Shown one piece after another: positions 10,177 through 19,342 of a stretch of 20,000 nt of DNA (the first letter of the stretch is position 1; the number at the start of each line of letters is the position of its first letter). Origin of the DNA: Asterionella formosa (taxonomy: Eukaryota); contig NKIB01012718.1 of NCBI GenBank assembly GCA_002256025.1, positions 52,254-72,253 of the forward strand, in the 5' to 3' direction. The notes under the pieces were generated by a model, which saw only the letters and a list, made by a program, of their open reading frames with translations, was not told the DNA's origin and ran no database searches. Position numbers and translations under genes: made by a program.

Positions 10177-11434
10177 TTACTTGGGAGCACCATTGATGAC
10201 ATTGAAGAAATCAGCCTCCAACGAAGCACCTCCAATAAGACCACCGTCAATATCAGGCATTGCAAGGAGATCCTTGGCATTGCCTCCCTTCATCGACCCA
10301 CCATATTGGATACGAATCTTGCTGGCGACTTCGGGAGAGACGTTGTCGGCGATCCACTTTCGGATATCAGCGTGGGTGTCTTGTGCCATCTGAGGAGTGG
10401 CAGTGAGACCAGTTCCGATTGCCCAGACAGGCTCGTAGGCAATGGACACATTCTCGTAGTCGGCAATAGTCAATTTTTTCGCAAGAGGAGCCAGTTGAGC
10501 AGCGCAAACCTCCATGGTAACACCAGATTCACGTTCATCCTTCTTCTCCCCAACACAGAACATGACCTTCAATCCATTATCAAGAGCAACTTTGGCCTTT
10601 TCAGCGCAAAGTTCAACAGGCTCTCCAGCCATACCAAATCCCTCGCGACGCTCGGAGTGTCCAATAATAACCCAGGTACAGCCAATATCCTTGAGCTGGT
10701 GTGAACCAATCTCACCGGTGAACGCGCCACACTTCGTATTAACACCGCAGTCCTGAGCACCGACTTGGATGTCGTCACGAAGCTTCTCCAAAACCATACC
10801 AATGTGGATGAATGGGACGCAAAGAACAACTTCAACGTTGGAAGGGATAGGGCCCGCTTCGTTGAAGACTTTGCAACGTGCTTCGTTGGCTTCAAGAAGT
10901 CCGTTGCACTTCCAGTTTCCACCAATCAAGTATTTACGGCCACCTTCCGTGGCAGGGGCGGAAGAACCGACAGGACGGGTGCTCTTCTTTTTACTGTTTG
11001 ATAAGTAAAGACCAGCGGTGACGCCAATGGCGGCCGCGGTGGTTGCAATCATCAGATTCTCGCTGCCATTAGGAACACGAGGAACACGCCGGGTGAGAAT
11101 TGTGAAACGAATCTGTGAGTAGGCAAAGAAGTCACAAGGCCTCTTTGAGAGCTCGCTCGGAAATGAAGACAAGCTCAAAGCGAATGAGCATGTGCACCCA
11201 TTCTGACAATGAGCAAAGCGACTCTTTCTGTAATGAAACGTTGCGAACTCAAGGGACAAGTACGACTTCCACTTTTCGCCGCTTGCAATCTTTCTTCGTG
11301 ATCGTGTCGTTAATATTACGTCCTCCACCACGAGATGCTGGTCCTATGTAACAGGACATATCAGGGATCACTCAACGCTGACCCAGCCTCCTCACAATGT
11401 GAAATAGAAAACTGAAAGGCACTTACGAACTCAT
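10177..11434 (-). CDS. TPI: Triosephosphate isomerase. Proposed model: exon 1 11434-11427 (ATGAGTTC), intron 11426-11063, exon 2 11062-10177, 297 aa. Alternative start is the ATG at 11052.
   Basis: GGNWKCN, GAFTGEI, IIGHSERR, IAYEPVWAIGTG, IQYGGS and DGGLIGGASL are all intact. The GTAAGT donor follows ATG AGT TC, and joining it to the acceptor ctaatggcag|C GAG restores the frame (MSSENLMIATT). The 5' exon is inferred. Confidence 0.93.
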
Positions 11435-11649
11435 CTTCGTGTAAGGTCAACAAAATGGGAAGCCCTCAGCAGTTTGGATCTTTTTGCGGAAAGCAAGTGC
11501 GTTATTGCTTCTTTTGTTTCCTTACATACAATGAAATACACATTATCATAGAGAGTACAGTACATAGTATTGCCGGAAATACAGAATAATGCATTCTAAA
11601 ATACCGGTATGTATCATGCGTGTAAAGATAACCGCTGTGATAGGGGAAT

Positions 11650-11742
11650 GCTGGTACCAGTACCAGGTACATGGTCCATACAAAGGAGGTGTACCAGGTA
11701 ATAACACGTGCTAGTACAGTACCATTGTACCAGTACCACGTA
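11650..11742. repeat. GTACCA/TACCAGGTA-rich cluster upstream of TPI
   Basis: ctggtaccagtaccaggtac...gtaccaggta...gtacagtaccattgtaccagtaccacgta. Confidence 0.7.
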
Positions 11743-12142
11743 ACACGTTCCACGTACTTGGATATTATGCTCTTTTATTATGTCGTCCTTGCCACATGGA
11801 AATACTACAGTACATCATTCTCCAACATACTACCGGTATACTATAAATATTTTTTAAGTGCCGACAGCGACAGTTGATGCCGGTGTTGTTAGCTGGATGA
11901 ACTGTACGGGGTGGGGTACCCCTGATACCAAGGTACGGGAAGTTGCAGAAGAAAGCGGTTCTTCCTATAAGGAAAACTACCGGTAAGCTAAATTGCTCAT
12001 TTACTTTGCCTGATTCACCGGATGTTGTACGACTACCTGCAGTTGCGGTGATTGTGCTGAAGCTAAAAGTTTAGGTTTCTTTATCCGATATTTAATTGTT
12101 TATTTAAGCAACATGACCACAACTTCCTGGAGTAAGGACCCA

Positions 12143-12511
12143 GGAAAGCCCAGTAGTGCACAAATTATGTGCACTTGTTATTCAGTTTCGACTCACTCCC
12201 AATGACTCATCCCATGACTACCAGACGAGATAGACTGGCTTTCCATTCCAAACTCTCTGAAGTAACTCTCTATAATCTTAAATCATTCATTAAATCCAAG
12301 TCGTGTTCTTTTCACCAAAATCGTGTTCACCTACTACTGGTAATGGTATTCAGCAACTGGAAGACGGTTTGCTTATACAGTTCATCAATCAATAATTTCT
12401 AGTCATAGTCCGCAAATTCTAGTCCTATGTAGTCACCAACTGGATCAAAATCGTAAACAAAAGAGTCAACTTGAATATGTCAATGGACTATTAATTAACA
12501 TTATTTAAATA
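12143..12511 (+). repeat. Dispersed repeat family B copy with ~2 minisatellite units
   Basis: Aligns to 18915-19342 from ggaaagcccagtagtgcac to caatggactattaat..acattatttaaata. Confidence 0.85.
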
Positions 12512-12661
12512 GAGAATCAATTTTTTTGTTTTGACCTACAGATTACCATAATGTAGATTTTTGCATACTGTGAAAGTGACAAATCTGTTTGTATCACCGT
12601 TGTTCTGAATCGGACATCATATATCCCAACCATAGTAATGTGATATGTGATATGTATGATA

Positions 12662-13101
12662 CCAATTAAGAACTGTAAGCCACCTTTATTTTACTCCATC
12701 GTCCGACTAAAAATATTCAAGTAATATTATAATCGAAACCTGATGCAAGTACGAAGTGCATGCATGTTACACGATGCACTCTATTCTACGAATAAGTAAT
12801 CAGTTTTGATTCACTGTATAAAGCCACGAAGATTTAATGTTTTCATAGTCATTAAGATTGTTTTATAGCGGTGGCTTACAGTGCATCTTTTTCTATTTTT
12901 CGCGATTTTGTGTCGACAGCAACCTTTGGGCTGTAATAAGTAGTCAACAATTTACGCAATGCAAGAATAGAGGTACATACGTATTTACTCGCTATATAAA
13001 TCTGAACAACTCCTTCGTGACAATACTTAACGTATTTTTCAAACTAAGTTCAAACCGTGCCTTTTATTCCATTTAGCGGTGGCTTACAGTTCTTTAAGTG
13101 G
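12662..13101. mobile_element. MITE-like element, 440 bp, TA TSD, ~24-bp imperfect TIR CCAMTT(A)AAGAACTGTAAGCCACC (Tc1/mariner/pogo-like)
   Basis: ta|ccaattaagaactgtaagccacc ... ggtggcttacagttctttaagtgg|ta. Internal inverted copies of the TIR core lie at ~12813-12828 and ~12866-12883. Confidence 0.75.
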
Positions 13102-13874
13102 TATTACAAATATAGGGGTACCCCAGTAGGCTGTTGCATCAGGCGTGATAATTATTGTCACCATGGTATAAAGATATAATGTTAAATATGTTCATAGTAC
13201 TGGCAAGACTATCAGGGGCGGGTAGTGGTTGTGTCTGCTAATGTAAATACTTCATAGGTCTTGTCCGAAAATTCACAATGAGTTAGTCCAGGGAATTTGT
13301 GGTTCTTTTGTTGACTAAATATATTGCCAATCAATAATCGGTCTATCAATGATTTCAATTTTCCTAACTTAATTCTAAATGAAACTTTTTGTTTTATAAA
13401 AAGAATTTCAAAAATACTAATTTTTTTTATTCCCATGAGGCGATTGTACGTCGATATTTGGCTGTGGAAATCCCTATGCAAATTTTTCTTCGAAACTTGG
13501 AGAGTAAAGGGCTGCTCATAAAAGCCAATTACACTATGAGCAATATCACTTCAATGCAAGTTGATATTTCTTTGATGGTAAATCAATTTGGGATCACGTT
13601 TCAATCTCAGTTCAAGGCAATTGGAAAATGGACGTGTTCCTCTTGTCTATTCGTCTGAATAGATCAAGTCGTTGCTGCCTGCATGAGGGGTCGTGGCAGG
13701 ACTGTGGGATTTATGGTAATTAGTGGTTGCCCTTCATGTGATGAATGCTTCGATGTTATCAGACTAACAAAGCCACCAATCTAGGAATTATTATGAATCA
13801 AATGGTAGATTAAATGATATAAATGATCATATAGCTCAAATTTCTTTTTTGGTACAGTATTCTTTCCACTTCAG

Positions 13875-14456
13875 AAGAAGCGGCAGGAGGAAAACCAGAA
13901 TGAATTGCAACAAAGTACCATCACTTCCAGTCCACACATAGTAGCAGCTAATTTGCACAAGCTTCCAAGTTGGCGAAGTTCGAAAGATGCATGTTCTACT
14001 GGCTGGTCCACAAAAGCTTCAGAGCATCTGTTCAGAAAAACCCGATTTGATGGTGTTGTGATTGATGAAGCAGATTTTCCAAGATTATTCAGTAATGGTG
14101 GTACTAGTATGGTTGGATGACCCTCTTTTGGTTGCTCCATATTTCCTATGGAAGTACAATGAATATGGTGCTCCTTGCTGACTTCGACGATGTATTGGAG
14201 GAACATCCAGTTTGTTCCTGATATAAATAAAATTGGAAGCGTATGCTCCTTTCTGCTGATAGGAATGAAAATAAAGCAACCGGAATCAAAAGCCAAACAT
14301 GGAGTAAAAGCAAACGCTTCACTATGATTCAGATTTGAGCAGCAAAAACTTAGTATAATACCAGTTGTGACTACTATGATAGATATTTCCATTTTGAACT
14401 GCCAAGCAGCACAAAGTTGTTGCTCTTTTGGACTGCTATTTCAATCATATTTTCCC
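13875..14456 (+). pseudogene. Possible decayed exon (194 codons, 3 in-frame TGA)
   Basis: Bounded by the acceptor ttctttccacttcag and the donor gtaag, phase 0/0. The only stops are TGA at 14118, 14160 and 14325. Contains FDGVVIDEAD. Confidence 0.3.
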
Positions 14457-14919
14457 GTAAGATTGGTGCAATGATGAAGATTTTTTAGTCTGACAATGAT
14501 TAGGTAATGTTATGTACCACCATAGTAGGTCACGACCTTTGATGTTGATAGTACTTGACAAAGATATTGGCGACAAGCAGAAGTGGAAACATGGATACAA
14601 AATGAATTGGAGGTCATTTAAGGTGGTGGTACTCCTCTACTATATTCTCCTCGAAAAGCAGCAGAAGTCAAGCAACCACCATCTACAAATTGGGACAACA
14701 ATAGTGATGCTTGTGGAGGAGGTCAAGATGCTGTGGCTGGCTGGTGACAGCTTTGTTGCCTGCTAAACCGTAGTCCACTATACTTATATGTGGTTGGAGT
14801 ATCTCATAGACACACAGAAAACAAAAGTACCCTGTATTAGCAATTTTTGGTATGTTCTCAAGCGGTTTTCGTCCTCCAAATCCAGGCATACTACCTTAAA
14901 TTGGGCGTCGCAACGTTTT

Positions 14920-15351
14920 CCAATACAAGGCATCGATCATTTGACTTTTTCCAATACAAGGTGATATACCATTCCAATGCAAGGTTCACCTTGTATTGGC
15001 AAAAGGTCGGTATGTCAAGTCCAATACAAAGTGAAAACGTATCCGGGTATCATTACAATTCAAGGTGTTCCTTTGTCAGAATCTCATCAAATACAAGGTA
15101 TTCTTCCCTGTATTGGGCTCTGTTTATTTCCCAATACAAGGTGGCGACATTTTGCAATTCAAGGTTGTCCTTGTATTGAGTTTTTGCTGTACTACGACAT
15201 GTGCCAATCCAAGGTCATGAGTTGCTTCCAATACAATAAGGTGACAATATATTCCAATTCAAGGTCGCCCCTGTATTGGTTTTTGTGGTACTACGTCTCA
15301 TCCCAGTACAAGGTGACAATGTTCTGCAATTCAAGGTTGACCCTGTTTTGG
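14920..15351. repeat. Array of ~50-bp hairpin units built from the CCAATACAAGGT motif in both orientations
   Basis: Units start at ~14951, 15021, 15088, 15131, 15228 and 15303. The first has a perfect 14-bp stem ccaatacaaggtga/tcaccttgtattgg. Confidence 0.85.
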
Positions 15352-16602
15352 TTTATAGTGCCGGTAAAGTGGACATACGATATCATGTAGTATGATGCAT
15401 ATTGATAAAACCGTTTTTTTATTTGTATGATCATTCAGTAATGAATGAATTCAAAACTTTCAAAATTTGGATGTGTTTCTGCAATATGTATTGATCATAA
15501 AAAACTGTCAATTTGTGTTTCATATTATCATACAGTAATGTATACTTTCAACATTTTTAATGTGTCTGGCTGTCATATGACATGTTCTTGCTCAAGTTAT
15601 TCTGTGCTGACTGTGTATAATAAATAGCATAGTATATATACCGGGAAATCATCACTGAGTTGACGCTATTTATTGACATCACAAGAATAATACCTCCAAA
15701 CTATACTTCTTATCTTTTACAATGACGCACGGAAACCATTGTCTCACTGTTTCACTCATCTCCAACACTGGAACAGGGACTGTTCATGATGACAGGTAAG
15801 GTGCCATGCTTAAGGAATTAAAATCTTTTTACGGCATAGCATGTAGGTCCTGCGTCTTTCTTGGACATACAAAAAATTGACTGTGCATTATTTATCTCCT
15901 ATCATCGTGATTCTGTTCAGTTCAAGAGTGCTTCAGAGACCCTATCTCTGCCTCAATGCTCCTTTTGATGAAATTGAAGGATCAATGAATTGTTGAGTGA
16001 TTGGAAAAGAAACAATCAGGTCCGATTGTTTCATGCAAAATTATGTACGTAGTCCAAATTGGTGAAGGTTTTGTCGTTGTATTGTTTGTGCATGCAATTT
16101 CTCAACCGTGCTCTTGCTTCTGTCATTGAGGTGCGGCTTTACTGTCAACATCGTTCAGAACGCTCCAATTCTAATTGACTGATGGTAAAGTATTGGTGAA
16201 TTGCGATAATGGCAATGCTTGGGCTTGATTTTCAACAGATGATTCAAACATTTTCAGAATTCTCTGTTGCTGTGTGACCAAATAATGTATTCGTTTCTTG
16301 TTAAAATAGCAAAATAATTATTAACATTGGCAAAAGAATACACTACTGGTATTCTAGATATTTGTTTGCTATTAACCTTAAAATGATTATCCTCATACTG
16401 TTATGGGTTTCGCAAATGAGTTATTGGGTCCAAATCAAGGTACACCTGCAAGTTGCGGTAATTTTGCTTAAACTAACAATTTAATATGGGATAATGATAG
16501 CTAAAATTTTAGTTTCAGCAAAATTACTGCAACTTGCTCATATGGGCATGTCCAAAACAGCCAAGGCATACCTTAAGTTGGAACTGATGATCTGAATGGT
16601 TA

Positions 16603-16660
16603 ACCAATACAAAGTGGATGTGAAATAAGAGAACCAATACAAGGTTCACCTTGTATTGTT
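16603..16660. repeat. Outlying copy of the CCAATACAAGG hairpin unit
   Basis: ccaatacaaagtg...ccaatacaaggt-tc-accttgtattg (11-bp stem). Confidence 0.75.
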
Positions 16661-16952
16661 TATTAAACCCTATTTCGGAGAAACTATTCATACCTTTAAT
16701 TGAAAAAAATCCGTTCATTTTGTGAAATACTTTTCAAGGTTACCAGGGTAGTGCTAGAAGCTTGTCTATGAAGGGTTGCTACCAGGACATATCAGTTGAA
16801 GAACTAGCATGCCCAACTCAATTCCAAGCCAGCACAATCAGGTGGCCATATATCATCCCTAGAAGAGTTCATAACTCTTGATGTAATACAATGTAGGTTG
16901 CTGGTTATAATGTCGTATCTGCACAAGCTATCAAGATTTTGCAATCCTAACC

Positions 16953-18530
16953 TTACAATTTATCAGTAAGAACGCCAGCAACCCACTCATGAAGGAAATC
17001 AATCTTGACCAATGATTGCTCTCCTAAACTCAAATTTTTGATAGAAACTTCACCGCTAGCATATTCATCTGGGGCAATAATAGCGCAATATTTTGCACCA
17101 AGTCGATCGGCATGCTTAAATACCCACTTTGACTTCTTTGATTCCAACACTACGTCGACACTCTGTCCGGCCTCACGAAGCTTGCACGCCACTTCAATGG
17201 CAACCTTGTAAAGGTCATCGGTCATGGCAAAGACAACGGTGTCCACGCCAGACTCATCGAATGACGGAAGGATGTTGCGCTCCTTTAACAATTCCACAAT
17301 CACTGCATCACCAAACCCAAATCCAGCTGCAGGTGTAGGCTCGCCACCGAATGTTTGCAATAATTTATCGTACCGGCCACCTCCAGCAATAGCACGCAAA
17401 ACACCTCGACGATCAAAGGCTTCAAAAACAATACCCGTGTAATAAGCGAGTCCACGGACAACTGAAGCATCAAACACAATCCAATCTTGAATCCCGTAGG
17501 CTTTGGTTAGTTCCAATAACTGATTAAGTTCCTTGACTGCAGCCGAATCTTCCCCAAGAACTTCGCGAATGGCTTCGACGGACTTGTTCGTCAAAACAGC
17601 TGTCAACTTATCCACCACTTCCCGGGATAAACCCAATTCTTCTAGTTCCCCTTGAATAGAGTCAAGTGATACCTACAGATGATGTAAGATCAAGTTAGCC
17701 ACGCATGAATTGTTCAAAATATATCCAGAACTTATGTCACTCACCTTTTCAAGCTTGTCGACAAGCACACAAGTTGCAGCAAACTTGTCTTCTGGAATCC
17801 CCAATTCAGCTAATACTTCTCCAATCACCAACCTTGAATTGACCTTGATACCAACATCCTCACTAGTCAATCCCACACTCTCAAAAAATGTCACCATTGC
17901 ACCCAATAATTCTGTCTCTGCTTCCACACCAGTAACGCCCCAGATATCCATATTCCATTGAAAATGCTCCCTTCGGCGACCTCGAGTCATGCGCTCATAT
18001 CTCCAGCACTGTGGAATCGAAAACCACTTCAATGGAAGAGACAGCCCTCCTTTTTTTGCCATTACCATGCGAGCCAATGATGGCGTCATCTCAGGCCTCA
18101 AGGCCACGGCGCGTTCACCCTTGTCGACGAAGTTGTACAATTGTTGAGTGACTTCTTCCCCGGCCTTTCTAGTGTACAAGGCTTCTGCTTCCAAGACGGG
18201 GGCGTCGTATTCTGAAAATCCATATTTCCTAGCCACTTCTCTCCATTGATTAAAGAGCCATGTTCGTAGTCTCATGTCTTCGGGATAGAAATCGCGAGTG
18301 CCTTTCGGGGGATTGGTGTCCAATCTGGGTTGGGCAGCAAGATTCTTGGAAGTGTCCGACTTGGATAGGGTATCTTTGTTGGTGACAGCCGATGAGACTC
18401 GACCGCCAGTTTCGGAGAAAAGTGATGTCGATGTACGAAAGGACCTTTGAGCTGTGAATCCTCGCACATGTGGGTGTCGACCAACCAAGCAAAAGGCCGA
18501 TAATATCATTGTCGGAAGCGGAGTTTTCAT
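16953..18530 (-). CDS. HisRS: Histidyl-tRNA synthetase, organellar (plastid, possibly dual-targeted). Exons 18530-17745 and 17672-16953, 501 aa.
   Basis: PPKGTRDF, LRPEMTPSLAR, WRYERMTRGRRREHFQWNMDI, RGLAYYTG, GGGRYD and a C-terminal anticodon-binding domain. The 72-nt phase-0 intron at 17744-17673 has a GTGAGT donor, GCTAAC branch and TAG acceptor, and joins the two ORFs in frame. Confidence 0.95.
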
Positions 18531-18751
18531 TTCGTAGATTCTGAGTGGGCTGCTTTTTCTTCTAACAATATGCGTAAACTGGCATTCGTGCAAATTTCAC
18601 TTAAGGGTACTTCAATCTTCGTCTGCAAACGATGTTGAAGGCCAATAGTAATTATAGCAATGTCAGAGCTGTTCGGTAAAACATGAGGGATGATTCTGGC
18701 TGCTGGGAGGAGCAAACGACAAGGCAAAATTGCAGCAAATGTTGGATCATA

Positions 18752-18912
18752 CTACCAGGTAGCTGGTACCAGGTACCAGGTACCGGTACCGTTACCACCA
18801 GGGACTGGTTGGAAATACACAAGAAAGTGTTTTTTTGGCTTCGTAAGGATGAAAATCTTCGTAGTACGTACTCCTAAGAGATACGGTACCAGGTGCCAAC
18901 AGGTATTACCAG
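18752..18912. repeat. TACCAGGTA/TACCGGTA palindrome cluster upstream of HisRS
   Basis: taccaggtagctggtaccaggtaccaggtaccggtaccg ... cggtaccaggtgcc. Confidence 0.85.
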
Positions 18913-18914
18913 AA

Positions 18915-19342
18915 GGAAGGTCCGGTAGCGCACGTTTTTTGCGCACTTTTTCAGTTTCGAGGCACGCCGAATGGTGTAATGGATCGTCTTGTGCCTGCCA
19001 GACGAGATAACGGTAGACTGGCTTTTCCAAGTCGTGTTCTGATCATTGAAATCGTGTTCACCTACCACTACTGGTAATGGTATTCAGCAACTGGATGATG
19101 CTTTACTAATGGAATTCACCAATCATTAACTTCTAGTCGTAGTCAGCAGTTTCTAGTCATAGTCAGCAACAAATTCTCGTCCTACTAGTAGTCATCAGTT
19201 TCTAGTGAAGTCAGCAAGTTCTAGTTGTTGTCAGCAGATTGCTAGTATGTAGTCGCATGTAGTTGCCAGCTGGATCAGCAATCATAAACAAAAGTGTCAT
19301 TTCGAAAATGTCAATGGACTATTAATCGACATTATTTAAATA
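18915..19342 (+). repeat. Dispersed repeat family B copy with ~5-6 minisatellite units (19131-19255)
   Basis: Colinear with 12143-12511. Units include ttctagtcgtagtcagcagt, ttctagtcatagtcagca, ttctagtgaagtcagcaag and ttctagttgttgtcagcag. Confidence 0.85.

Noticed and set aside
10162..10704. 180-aa plus-strand ORF and other ORFs overlapping GPI, the CDF gene, TPI and HisRS
   Set aside because: Antisense or alternative-frame shadows of well-supported genes.
11063..11331. N-terminal ~90 aa of the 384-aa TPI ORF in the track
   Set aside because: Non-ATG start and low-quality, pyrimidine-rich sequence. Better explained as intron or 5' region.
13871..14392. 173-aa minus-strand ORF
   Set aside because: No recognisable domain and atypical composition. 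Probably the shadow of the decayed plus-strand frame.
14920..15351. CRISPR-like array
   Set aside because: Repeats are degenerate and irregularly spaced, the linkers are partly homologous, there are no cas genes, and the context is eukaryotic.
14847..15390. 110-aa and 137-aa ORFs with repeated QYKV/IQG motifs
   Set aside because: Periodicity comes from the DNA hairpin array and frames are not preserved between units.
17673..17744. HisRS split into two ORFs, suggesting a pseudogene
   Set aside because: A canonical 72-nt GT-AG intron joins them in frame.
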